The notes under the pieces are model-generated. The model saw nothing but the letters and a program-made list of their open reading frames with translations, did no database searches and was not told where the DNA came from. A program made the position numbers and the translations under genes. 64,000 bases of DNA from Balanoglossus misakiensis (taxonomy: Eukaryota > Animalia > Hemichordata): the NCBI GenBank assembly GCA_040954595.2, contig CM082593.2, positions 11,235,477-11,299,476 on the forward strand. The letters are read 5' to 3'. Positions 34,401 to 47,224 of this stretch are shown piece after piece. The first letter of the stretch is position 1. Each line of letters opens with the position of its first letter.

Positions 34401-37400
34401 TTGTTTAAGATTCTTTTCAAACTACTGCTGCTGCTTGGGATCATATTGAAAAGTAAGAAATTAGAAGAATTTTCCAGCCAGTTTCCACATACTTTTCATG
34501 GCATCAGAACATTGTTGGGACTGGAAATAGATAACTTCAAGAAGTTTGTGATGTGCCCAAAATGTCATACCAGGTACGACTACAGTGAAGCATTTGAAGA
34601 GAATAGCAGAGGAAAGAAAAAGTCTAAGACCTGCACGCATGTTGAATTTCCAAGTCATCCACACAGAAAACAGCGTAGACCATGTGGTGCATTCCTGATG
34701 AAGACTGTAAGGGGAAAGAACAGTGCTGAATATTTGTATCCAAAACGACTGTACTGCTACAAAAGCATCAAAGCGTCACTTCAGGAACTTATCAAAAGGC
34801 CAGACTTTTTACAGAAATGCCAAGAATGGAAGCAAAGGGAAGTTCCTGATGGAATTTTATCTGATGTTTATGATGGGAGAGTGTGGAGAGAGTTCATGCT
34901 AAAAGACAGTAGTGATGAACATACTTTTGCAGCAATGTTGAATGTAGACTGGTTTCAGCCATACAAACATACAAATGACTCAGTGGGAGTCATATATCTG
35001 ATTTTGCAGAATCTGCCACGTACTGAACGATTTAAACCTGAAAACATTATATTGGTAGGAATCATACCTGGTCCTACAGAACCGAAACGGGACATAAATC
35101 CTTACTTGGATCCATTAGTGGATGAATTACTTGAGATGTGGAATGGTGTTGAACTAAAGGATTCTTCCTTCTGTGGATTTAATATCTATAGCATGATGCT
35201 CCTATGCCTGTCTTGTGACATACCAGCTTGTCGGAAATGTGGAGGTTTTTTGGGACATTCAGCTGAAAAAGGTAGGGTGTCAGTCCTTACATTTTATTAA
35301 AGCTTAATTAGTTATAAATTTGCCATTTTTTCTGTACTTTATTTTTTCCTGTGTTTCAATTGCAATTCTTTCTGTTTAACGCAAAATATGGCTTTTGAGT
35401 ACATGTATATTGTAATGATCACACCCCTTCATTGGAAGTATTTGGGGATGAAAATAATGTTTTACCAAATCAAACTGGTGTAACAGTAGAGATACAAAAT
35501 TGTTAATTGCATTTCTTGTCTTTAAAGTCGATTAGGTATAGGAACCAATTTGTGAACTTCACTCTCTGAAGAGACCTTAATAACTTTGACTCAATTATTC
35601 TTTTTAGGTTGCAATAAGTGTTTGCGGAGTTTCCAGCGTGATGGTTTTGGGAGTAAAGCTGATTATTCTGGTTTCAATCCAGAAGACTGGGAGGAACGTA
35701 CCAATGAAGAACATCAACTTTATGCAGGTATTTATTGAATACCATAGTTTTTCCAATATTCAAACTGCTGAAATAGTTCAACCAACAATCATTTCCTGGA
35801 ATGTATATTATTTTTTGAACTGCATTTCTTCGTGCAATATGTAAAAAGATGCACATTTCCTCTACTGTTTCTCTTTACTGTGAAAAAAGGGACATATTAT
35901 AATCGTCGTAAAGTGACATCATGTAAATATGACAAGCATCTACATGTACACTGGTTTACACATTGCTATATCAGTACGCGTATTTTTCTTTTTTTCTAGG
36001 AATGGCCAAGCAAGCAAAGACAAAAGCAGAACGTCAGCAAATTGAATCAAAGTATGGAGCAAGATATTCAAGTCTTTACCGTCTTCCATACTACAATGCT
36101 GTGCGCTTCAGTGTCATAGATCCAATGCATAATCTCTTACTGGGTACTGCAAAACACGTCCTCAAGGTTTGGAAAGAATGCAAGGTTGTTAGTGATGAAG
36201 ATATGGAAGAAATTCAGAGAAGAGTCAATGAGATGAAAACTCCCAGTGATGTTGGAAGGATTCCTAGCAAAATAACCTCTGGATTTTCTGGTTTTACAGC
36301 AGACCAGTGGAGAAACTGGACATGTATATACTCTTTGTATGCTATCCAGGGTTTTGTAACTGGTGAACATCTTGACTGTTGGAAACAGTTTGTGTATGCA
36401 TGCAAATTGTTGTGTAGTAGAAGTATTTCTGTAGAGAAGGTATCAACTGTCCACACATATTTAAGATTATTTTGTAAGAAATTTGAAAAGTTATATGGAC
36501 CTGAGATGTGTACTCCAAATATGCATTTACATTTACATCTGAAAGAATGCCTACTGGACTATGGTCCTGCATATTCTTTCTGGTTGTTCTCATGTGAACG
36601 ATACAACGGTATCTTAGGTAATTTTCCTACCAATAATCGTGCTGTCGAAGTGCAATTAATGAGAAAATTCATGCAGGGTTTTCAAGTTTACTCTATGCAA
36701 TGTAATAGCTCTGACAATTTCTTTCATGATATCTGGTCCACCTTTCAGGAGAACTGTACAGGCTCATTAGCTATAAATGAAAGTGAAAATAACTACTATG
36801 AAAGTCATAGGAGGAAAACTTCTCAAAGTTTTGAGGATGTAAATTTTTCAGAATCTGAGTCTCAGATTGTCCTACCTCCTATTGTGCAATCGGCTCTTGA
36901 CTCTGAAGATATAGAAATGTTGGATAACATGTATTCATATTTATATGCAAGTAAGCGTGTTAAAGTGATTGTTGCACTAACAGAACAATTCAGTAGAGTT
37001 TGGCAAGATGGCCAACTGTACAATGTAGCCATCGCCAAAGAACGAAGGCAGTGCATATGTGGTAGCATGCTGGTGTGAATAGGACCAGCAGTCAGGCCTC
37101 TTGACTATAGATCCAAAGTGTCAGACAGAGAGAGCTGGTATAATTAAAGAACTTTTTCGCAGTGAAGTAATTTTGCAAGCTAATGAAGGGAAGTTGAAAA
37201 AAATTTCCCATATAAGAGCCAAAGTTGAGTGGTTGACAGATCACCCTTTCCATAATTATTTTGGTGGTGATGTAACTGTTTGGGGAACCACAACTGAATG
37301 CACAACAAGTGCACAGTTCATACCCTTAGAGAGAATTAGATGTAGGTGTGCAGTATCTGTTACCAAGGTGAAGTTTCAATATCAAAGTGGAAATAGGACA

Positions 37401-37457
37401 AGAATTTTAGAGAAAACTGTCACAATCACTGTCCCTTTGAAAAGTATGAGTATTTAA
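31458..37457 (+). pseudogene. CACTA transposase (TnpD/Transposase_21 family), 4 exons, damaged
   Basis: Exons 31458-31784, 32487-33525 (duplicate 34233-35271), 35608-35727, 36000-37457. Motifs DVYDGRVW, LNVDWFQPYK, LQNLPRTERFKPEN, CDIPACRKCGGF, IDPMHNLLLG, TPNMHLHLHL, FWLFSCERYNG. Frameshift near 37030 and in-frame TAG at 37080-37082. Confidence 0.92.
33800..35544 (+). repeat. Near-identical tandem duplication of ~31340-33799 with internal deletion of ~31570-32284
   Basis: Restarts at tagctaaaataccccttcat, jumps at gtcggatga|acacgaaac, and ends at aggtataggaac like the first copy. Confidence 0.95.
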
Positions 37458-40220
37458 AGGCATGTAAGCTGCAACTTGAAACTCTATAAACAAAGCATAA
37501 TTTCATTCACTTGAACTCTGGAAGTAAATGTACTCTCAGAGACATAACATTTTCATTTTTCATTGCACTATTGCACTTGTTAAAAAATGCAGGAATTGCA
37601 GTACTGATATTTCTTTACTTTTTTGGCCATTTTGTCATAAGTGTTGATCTTGATATACTACATTAAGAAATTTCATTTAATAGACATATTTAAAAAGCAT
37701 ATCTGATTTTTTTTAAAGCTTAAATTTTCTTATCCAGTTGTAGCTCATGTGCCAAGAAGGAAGGTGTTATGTATTGGTATTAACTGTTATGTATAATTTG
37801 TTGTGTACGAGGCTGAACACATGAGCATGCACAGTTGGTAATAAAGAAGCAGCATCGCTGTCTAGTTTGAACACACATGTCCAATTCTGTGTTGTCTAAT
37901 TTCTCTGGTATGAGCCCACAATAAAATAGCAATATATTACAATATGTTTCTGTGGAAAATCCAAAAAAATTTCAACCACACTTATTAGTTTTTAAAAATT
38001 TAGCAAAATTGAAAATCACTCCCCAAAATCCTGGAGAAATTATTCAACTTCCTATAGCCCCTTCCATCACTGACTGCATCCTGAAACAATAATTCTGGAA
38101 AATCACTGAAATATTCCTGCTACATCCCTAAATTTCAGTGAGTTTGAGCTGTGACCACCCATGTGTGTACATTATCATCTCTGACATCAAGTTTCTGCAA
38201 CAACTCTTCTTATGCTTCGCATGGTGTTGAAACAAACTTATCATACACATGGTTGACGGCGTTCAGTAACTTGCGCATACCAATTGAATAGTTTGCCAGT
38301 GGTGCTCCTTTGTGGCTTGTGTTTCTGCTTAAGGGGAACGTCGTCGATCTTGAAACGACGTTTTGCGGCATATAGGGGCCCTCTAGTGACCAAATGTGGG
38401 GAGTGTAGTATTGTATTACATGTGTGCCGTAAAACGGCTTCTACCTGTACAGCGTAAGTTGGCCGTGAGATGCCAAACATAGCGCGTGTAGGTTTCCTTT
38501 TATGTACAACAAAATTTTGAGCTTATCATTTTTACGCAAACTTGAGTACCTTATGTTTACCAAGTTCTATTCATTTGTTCGGAAATTATGGCATGTATTG
38601 AAGTATATTGACTCATTCGTATAACCAAAGTTACATCGATACAACTATTAGTGCGAATATTTCCCTCAATTGGTATTCAAGTTCTTGATTGATCCCTATA
38701 ATTTAACAGTCTGGATATCGTGTGATCGCGCCCAAAGCAAAATGATCCTTGATTCGCACAGCACTCAATAAAACACGTACGATTCGCGATGAGATATTCG
38801 GTCAACAGCAATACCTACCTTAAATTCAGTTCGTCAGTTTGATAATGGGCCGCGGCCATAGCCTATATATATTAGGCCTATATCAGTTTAATTTAACGTA
38901 ACTTGTAAATTTCTTGCTGCACTAGGAGGCCTATAGTTCAAAATGACAAATAATTCGGACTGGTTAAAGGACAGCTGTTAACCGCGACTAGGCTGGAAAC
39001 ATCAGAGAACTACCGGAATACGTAAACTGTCAAAAACCCCCCGCCTGCGCTGTTGTTCGCAATTACTTCCCCATCCATCTCTCCCCATCGCAATTGCATA
39101 GTGGCAGAGACAGGGATACGTTCGACTAATTATGATGTTTGCACTTTATGTCAATCGAACAGATGACATTGGAACTCTTGGAAAATGTTTTGTTAATTTT
39201 GTGCAAGAAATGGGGTTCAGAGCAAGTCGTTCGCTGTTGCTGTATCATGTGCTGCTCTAGGCCCTAATTCCTCGAAACTCGCGTTAAAGGCCGCCGCAGA
39301 CGAGAGAAATAATAGCTGTCATTCGAGGAATTTTAATTTGCTCAGCAATATTTCCTTCCATGTACGGGCGACTTTTCCTTATCTTTTTACTTTTGCGCCG
39401 CGGATCATATCGACATATATCAGTCAGCATGACCGTGTCTCGGTCAAGAGACTAGAACGTCGTTAGCTGCTGTCCATGCCAGAATCCATATCGGTGTCGC
39501 AGTTTGCAACATGATCATATCTGTGCCTAAGGTTATTTGCAACCAATTAATTTTGTGGCAATTCACTATCGTATTTGTGACTGTCACAAATGGTATTTGG
39601 TAAAGTGAATTAAGAGGTGCCAGTCTAATTTCTTTATGTCTGACGTGACCAAAACCTGGGCTCGGGCCAGCCCTGGTCGAGAGCCGCCAGAGGCAGCAGC
39701 TCCCATCGCTTGTGGCGTAAGCGCCGCCGCCGCCGCGCGGCGCCGGTACGCGTCGTTGGGGTGACCGCATGTATCGAAGGCCTTTATCATGTTTATACGG
39801 GACTGTAAATATTTATTACACATATAGCTACACAACTTGCGTTTTCTTCAAGGAAGTAGTCCCCCCCCCGTCCACCCAGTTCGCAACACGGTTAAAACCA
39901 GTGCCGTTGGCGGTAAACAAGTCGATCAGGCGGCCGCGGGGGCTCATGGCCGGTTGAACTGTAGAAACTTAGTGTCAAGACGGAATTTCAATGTTGAGAT
40001 CTTATCTACGATAACTGAAGAAAATGTCATTTTCCTGTAGGTCTATGCTCTAGTAGTGCCTGTAAGTCTGTGTGTTCCTGGCATGGCGATACGTGTAACC
40101 ACGGTGTAGTTGTAAGGAAACGGGGCCGTGTACAAGGCAAGGAACACAAAGACCGTATAGCCCTGCGTACATTGAGTGTTCCCTGCGTTACACGGCCTCC
40201 ACTAGCTCTGCGTGGCAGGG

Positions 40221-40318
40221 TAGCTCCGCGTACAGGTCTGTGTGTTCCCGGCGTTACACGGCCTCCTCCGGTGGAGGCCATGTAACGCCGGGAACACACA
40301 GACCTGTACGCAGAGCTA
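40221..40318. repeat. GC-rich palindrome (46-bp arms) within a repeat cluster at 40034-40365
   Basis: tagctccgcgtacaggtctgtgtgttcccggcgttacacggcctcc versus the reverse complement of the right arm: 2 mismatches, 6-nt loop; cluster bounded by cctgtaggtct/agacctacagg. Confidence 0.85.
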
Positions 40319-41252
40319 GGCCTCCACGTGTAATGTCGGGAACACAGGGCTAAAAGACCTACAGGTACGCATAGCTAGCTCCAAGTCCAATGTTGACAGA
40401 GCTACTTGACCCAGAGTAATCATATCATGATTGTGTAATATTGATACATGGCTGGTCGAGATGGCCCTATACGTCGATCTACACACATCTCTAATTTCAT
40501 TAGTCAGCAGAGAGACGACATCGGCCTGCGTTTATGAGCTGTGATTGCCGATTTCTCCATCGTCCAAACCGCGCGCACGTCTCTGTTTAAGCGTGAGTCA
40601 AGTTTGGCAGTTTTCCTGCAGTTACCTCCGCACATGGCCATGCCGCGCCCACGTACCAGCAAACACCACGAGGCGCTGGTCATTCATCGTATTGTTTAGA
40701 ATTCAGGCAAGATGCTTCATGTGAAATGTCGGCTGTAGCCGACACTCTCGCCAAACTCGTCGTCGTAGTCTTACTCGTAGGGCTACTGCTCTGCTTACAA
40801 TTACGGTACATGGCCACAAAAGTCGGAAGAGCCGAGGTAAAAAACAACGAGGGAAACCAAAGACGTTTGATAGAAAATAAATTAACGCCTACAACCACAA
40901 GTACTGATCAGTCTGTAGTCTTTTAAATAGGCTTACTTTGTCCACCAACAGTCTCCACACATTTGTTCATGAATATGGAGTGGCCCATTAAACTGCAAAT
41001 TAGCATGAATATACGTAGCTATACATGGGCGTATACTATAAGCACACTAAAGGTAGAAAATGCATACAAATACATAGGTCTGCGGAACGTATATCTAAGA
41101 GAACGTGTGCATGATGTATACTTCACGTATTTGTACACATATCTACCAGATTGTATTTGTTACGTAAATGCACGTATATGCAACGTATATGTCAAATATA
41201 CAAACTTAGTAGTTTTACGTATATTGTCGTATATCAAGCATTTTGCCCAGTG

Positions 41253-42660
41253 TAAGATGGTGAAGTTTGCTTGAAGGAATAGAAACATCAGAGGCTGGGT
41301 ACATCGGAGTTTCTATTTCATTCCATACAAGTTGAAATTAAGCTTATTTTTGGAGTGTATACAGGTACATATGATTATTTAGAAACGGTTTTAGGCAAGT
41401 GAATCTGCTGAATTCGGGCGATCGGTCTTGTATCGTGTGTATGAAACGTACAAGCAGTGGTAGGATATTATTTTGGGATGTGTACTTCAATAGTTTCCAT
41501 GTCTCTTATATGTATTTGTCAAAAAATAAACAGTAGTAAAAATGGATTGTATTTTCCATTATTTTTTCTGTTAATATTGTATGTTTACATGACCAAAAGC
41601 CTTAAGGTTTTCATTGGAATTTATATCAGGGTAATCAATTTGTTTTTGATAATTATTTGCTTCAAATATGGAACAATCTGTGTGAGTACAAAACAGAAAC
41701 ATTGCTAGATAATTTGACATTTGAATTGTTCGTAAGAATGTGAGGACAAGCATAGAATTGGCCAAATTATGCTGGTGACCACTCTGTTTAGTGTGTATGC
41801 TTTCTAGTCGTGACAGGCATGTTAAAAACATAGACAATGAAATCTGGTTGGAGCATGAAAAGTAGAGTTGACTTGTTAACATATTTTGATGCCATGAAAC
41901 CATTTTGTGGACAGGACAATTTATGTGACCAAGAATTGATTTTCTGAATATCACAAGGTTGATAGTGAATTCATTGTAATTTGTTGTCCTGTTTAAGTAG
42001 TGGGGTTATTGTAAAAAAATCATCATTCGCTATCTTGTACTTGGAGTGATGTCATCTCGACATTGATACATTATGGCTATTGAGAGGTGCGTGTTATGCA
42101 GGCAAGTGTATATCTTGATGTACTTGTTTAAATACACAATTATACTTAATGATTTAATTTAAAAGTTTTGTTTATTTTCTTGACAGTTTTGGCTACCAAA
42201 GAGTTCTCAAGGTGAGTGTTGGTGTACATCAGTGCAAAGTATCATGTACAAACTAAGAGATCAACACACTCAAATGTGTATTGTGTCGTGTACGAATTAG
42301 TTTCGTAAATCATTTGTAGATAACGTGTTTAGTTTTGTGGTAAGTGACACTGAGGTTTCAGATCGGATAGGATGATTGTCCAGTGCCATGCATTGTGTGT
42401 TAACATGTGAAAGCACTAGCCTAATTTGTTTGAAATTTGGTATTCAGGGATGATGTAAGAAAAAATAATTTTAACAGTTCATAGAATCAGTGTTTATTAA
42501 TACTTCAAAAAGGTATGTGACTTGAATGTGTGCAGTACATCATTGTGCTATGTGGTGTTAACACCATTGAATAGTGCCATTACTTACAGCAATCTTACAG
42601 CAATGGCTTCAGTAAAAATTTGAGTATGATTTGTGTGATTCCTGATACCCCTGTCTTGTC
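41253..42660 (+). mobile_element. Diverged second copy of the Helentron 5' leader, right part
   Basis: Colinear with ~3815-5160, including the micro-exon ag|ttttggctaccaaagagttctcaag|gtgagt. Confidence 0.85.
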
Positions 42661-42775
42661 ATTTGTGATGTTTTACTGTGTACTTTTTGAAATAAAGAAA
42701 ATGGTGTGTTAGTTGAATATGTCAGTGAGTGAATGTGCAATTGGACAGTGTGTTGGCAGTTAGTGGAGATAAAAA

Positions 42776-42848
42776 ATCCTCATGGTGTAATGGTTAACAC
42801 ACTTGTCACTTTGTGATAAGAGATCCAGGTTCGATAACTGGTGGGGAT
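42776..42848 (+). ncRNA. tRNA-Gln-like sequence, second copy
   Basis: atcctcatggtgtaatggttaacacacttgtcactttgtgataagagatccaggttcgataactggtggggat; inverted paralogue of 24604-24676. Confidence 0.6.
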
Positions 42849-43118
42849 GATGAAAAAAAGAGTCCATTAGCTGTGTGTTTGAGTATGAGTGTAATATATG
42901 TATGTACGTATTTATGCATGTATGTAGCCAGCAAACACACAAAACATATTGTGTATATTCAATTCCATACAGTGTTTGATAATAAATATGTTGCTGTTTT
43001 ACAATTTGGCATTCACTGCTGATAATTAGGTTTCCATAGATACAAGCGGAATGCAATAGAAGAGGGATAACCATATACATGTATAGAAAAGGTAGGTTAC
43101 CCCTTCCCCTATCATCCA

Positions 43119-45830
43119 AATACTACCACAGAGGGTGCTATACTATATGACCATCAACTGAGTATCATTCAAATACTCTGTGCACAGTGGGTAAATACAC
43201 ATTTGTTTTTTTTAGGAGACTTTCATCAGTTGCAGTAAAATACAACGTGACTACACTATATACACCAATGAGAATGGCCATGTAATTCAGAGAGTGCTTG
43301 ATATTAAAACTGTATCATAGTTGTGGCCTTTACTGCTGATAATTAGTTTACCATAGATACAAGCCCAATGCAACAGGACAGGGATAAACATATGCAAAGA
43401 CAAGATTAAACCCCACCTCCATAATCAAAATACTACCGCAGAGGGCGCTATACTATATGACCATCAACTGAGTATCATTCAAATACTCTGTGCACAGTGG
43501 GTAAAGACACATTTGTTTTTTTAGGAGACTTTCATCAGTTGCAGTAAAATACAACGTGACTACACTATATACACCAATGAGAATGGCCGTGTAATTCAGA
43601 GAGTGCTTGATATTAAAACTGTTTCATAGTTGTGGCCTTTACTGCTGATAATAGGTTACCATAGATACAAGCCCAATGCAACAGGACAGGGATAAACATA
43701 TGCAAAGGCAAGATTAAACCCCACCTCTGTAATCAAAATAATAATAATAATAATAATTTATTTGTATAGTGTCAGTATCCACAAAAATGTGATCAATGAC
43801 GCTTAAAGCAAAAGTACAATACAACAAATGGCTAAAAAACAGATTTAAAAAGTAAAGTTTTAACATTTGATTTAAAAACAGATAAGTCTGGTGCCTGGCG
43901 AATGGTAAGTGGAAGATTATTCCAAAGAATTGGAGCAGCAACAGTAAAAGCACGATCACCATAACTCTTGGTGCGTGATCGAACAAGGCAGAGTTTGAAC
44001 TGATCAGCTGACCTTAAATTGCGACACGGAACATATAGATTAGTCATGCTAGAAAGATAGATTGGACCAAGTTTATGAATGGATTTAAAAATGAGAACTA
44101 ACATCTTAAAAACAATACGCTGTGTAACAGGTAGCCAGTGCAACTGATACAAAATTGGAGTGATGTGACAGGTGATTTTTGAATGAGTAACAATTCTAGC
44201 AGCAATATTCTGAACGCGTTGGATACGGTTGATTGAATACTTCGGGAGCCCAAATAAAAGTGAATTACATGAATCAATTCGAGAAGTAATGAATGCATGA
44301 ACTAATTGCTCTGTAGCAGAATGAGATAAATATTTGCGGATAAGCGCAATGCGACGTAAATGAAAAGTGGCAGAGCGGCAGATATGTCCAATATGTGGCT
44401 TCATTGTCAGACAAGAGTCAAGGATCACACCAAGGCTCTTAGCCTGACAAAGGACAGGAATCAGAGAATCGCCAACACGAATTTCTGAAATCCCTCTAGC
44501 AGACAGATCACCTGAAATACCAAAGAAAATAACAAATTCAGTCTTATCATCGTATAAGCACAAGAAGTTTTCAGACATCCAAAACCTAACATCGGATATA
44601 CAAAGTTCAAGATTTGAAACAGTTCTTGCTGCGTTGTCTTTACTAAAAGACATATAAAGTGAAGAGTCATCTGCATAAAAACTATAAAGACAACCATGAC
44701 TTTGAACTAATTCACCAAATGGAGACGGGTACATATTGAAAAGTATGGGACCAAGAACTGATCCCTGTGGTACCCCAGTGTCGAGCCGATAGAAAGGTGA
44801 TTGGGTGGAATTTACAAGTACACACTGACTACGATTGGAAAGGTATGACTTAAACCACATGAGAACAGTATCTGAGAGACCAAAATACTACCACAGAGGG
44901 TGCTATACTATATGACCATCAACTGAGTATCATTCAAATACTCTGTGCACAGTGGGTAAACACACATTTGGTTTTTTAGGAGACTTTCATCAGTTGTAGT
45001 AAAATACAATGTGACTACACTATATACACCAATGAGAATGGCCATGTAATTCAGAGAGTGCTTGATATTAAAACTGTATCATAGTTGTGGCCTTTACTGC
45101 TGATAATTAGGTTACCATAGATACAAGCCCAATGCAACATGACAGGGATAAACATATGCAAAGACAAGATTAAACCCCACCTCCATAATCAAAATACTAC
45201 CACAGAGGGCGCTATACTATATGACCATCAACTGAGTATCATTCAAATACTCTGTGCACAGTGGGTAAAGACACATTTGGTTTTTTAGGAGACTTTCATC
45301 AGTTGTAGTAAAATACAACGTGACTACACTATATACACCAATGAGAATGGCCATGTAATTCAGAGAGTGCTTGATATTAAAACTGTTTCATAGTTGTGGC
45401 CTTTACTGCTGATAATTAGGTTACCATAGATACAAGCCCAATGCAACATGACAGGGATAAACATATGCAAAGACAAGATTTAACCCCACCTCCATAATCA
45501 AAATACTACCACAGAGGGCGCTATACTATATGACCATCAACTGAGTATCATTCAAATACTCTGTGCACAGTGGGTAAAGACACATTTGGTTTTTAGGAGA
45601 CTTTCACCAGTTGCAGTAAAATACAACGTGACTACACTATATGCACCAATGAGAATGGCCGTGTAATTCAGAGTGCTTGATATTAAAACTGTTTCAAAGC
45701 TGTGGCCTTTACTGCTGATAATTAGGTTACCATAGATACAAGTGGAATGGAACCGGACAGGGATAAACATACAAAGGCTAGGTTAACCCCCCCCCCCCAA
45801 TACTACCACAGAGGGCGCTATACTGATCAT
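43119..45830. repeat. ~309-bp tandem array (~5 units) interrupted by a LINE
   Basis: aaatactacc(a/g)cagaggg(c/t)gctatact at ~43119, 43428, 44883, 45191, 45500, 45798; inverted homologues at ~23520-24000. Confidence 0.9.
43741..44880 (-). mobile_element. 5'-truncated L2-like LINE
   Basis: RT motifs GVPQGSVLGPILF, YADD, HITPILYQLHWLPV, YGDRAFTVAAPILWNNLP; (TAT)n tail; probable TSD caaaata (43734-43740, 44881-44887). Confidence 0.92.
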
Positions 45831-46230
45831 CAAGTCTGTACCATTGAAATAAATCTGTGCAGATTGGGTAAATTAGGCATTTGGTTCTTCAGATTTTCAT
45901 AAGTTGCACTAAAATGCTATGTGGCCCACTACAAGGACAAATAAGTCAAAAATGGCAAATTTGACGTTTACTTTGAGGTTGGCATGGGGCAAACGAGACA
46001 ATACAAGAACACTGAAACTCAATTAGTGAAACACTAAAGTTGTACTTTATTTCTCTAACAAACTTAGAGAAAATTTACATGGCCATCTTTTTACTCAGAG
46101 ACCTGATGTTGAATAGAAATGTGGTAGTGCAGGTCCACATGAGTGCCGTGTACTAGCCTCTCTCTCTGCAAATCCATCCACAACTTGCATGCAGATAGTG
46201 GGAGTCTGATGTAAGCAACTACTGCAGTTA

Positions 46231-47217
46231 CAGTCAGGACGTAAGTGGGATAATTAAACAGCAGGGGATCATGCAATGCAAACACTTGAACTGGCCAGTA
46301 ACGTTTGAATTGCTCATTTGCATACAGTTTTTCAACTTTTTTCACAACGAAAGTTAAGCAACTAGCAACCCATTTCTGACAATTATTTCACCCCAGGCAC
46401 ATTACTGGTACTATGAGTGTACTACATGTGATTTTTCATGAAGTTTTATCGAGAAGAATTTCTTTACTTCCACTGACAAAATTGTGATCACGAAATTCAA
46501 AGTGACCTTGAAGTTACAAAAAAAAAATATCAGCCATACCCACACAAAAATTAACCCCCTCAGGTTTTAGAAACATTATTAAACTCCTCTATTCATAATT
46601 TTGACATGAATATATCCATGCCGAGAGTCAAGGACCACAATTTACTGTGCCATAGGTCAGTCCTGAGAAGTCAGTCAGCGTGAATAGTGTATAGACTCCG
46701 TATGTAATATGCTAATGAGAGATAACGACGCGTTGAAAAGGAAGCCATTACATCATGGGTTAACATGCGTTGACCTACTTCAATGCATACACATATGGCA
46801 AACACGGCTGTACTCGTCGATGGCGAAGGCAATTTTTACACCGTCATTACCCCACAACGGAGCGGCTCACACTATTATAATTTCACGGTAACTTAGTTCA
46901 ATATCTTCCTAACCTACCCAATTTTTTTCAAGACAAGAAATCTTTGCCGAGAGTCAAGGACCACAATTTAAACCAACATACCGAAACTGTCTTTCTCGGG
47001 AAAGCGTCGTTAAAACTTCACGAAAAATCATCCTATCATTGACTATGGTGTTTCATACACGTCTTAGAAAAAACGGGTGCACTACGATCACTTGTAGTAC
47101 CGAAAATCTCCGTTTGAAAATTTTTCGAACTGGCCGTAACTGCCACTCAGCGACTTTCACATTCAAATAGATCTCTTTGATCTCACCGCCGTAATTACCC
47201 CACTTACGTCCTGACTG
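46231..47217. mobile_element. Non-autonomous DNA transposon with 26-bp TIR and 4-bp TSD (possibly Sola-type)
   Basis: TIR CAGTCAGGACGTAAGTGGG(A/G)TAATTA; TSD GTTA on both sides; empty site actgcagttaatactta present at ~23026-23043. Confidence 0.85.
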
Positions 47218-47224
47218 GTTAATA

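Larger units (their letters stand above)
27515..41252 (+). mobile_element. CACTA/EnSpm (CMC) DNA transposon, 13.7 kb
   Basis: TIR CACTGGGCAAAA (12 bp perfect, ~24 bp imperfect); 3-bp TSD TAA (27512-27514, 41253-41255); empty site confirmed by paralogous tatatgttgagatggtg at ~3808-3824; encodes a Transposase_21-type protein. Confidence 0.95.
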
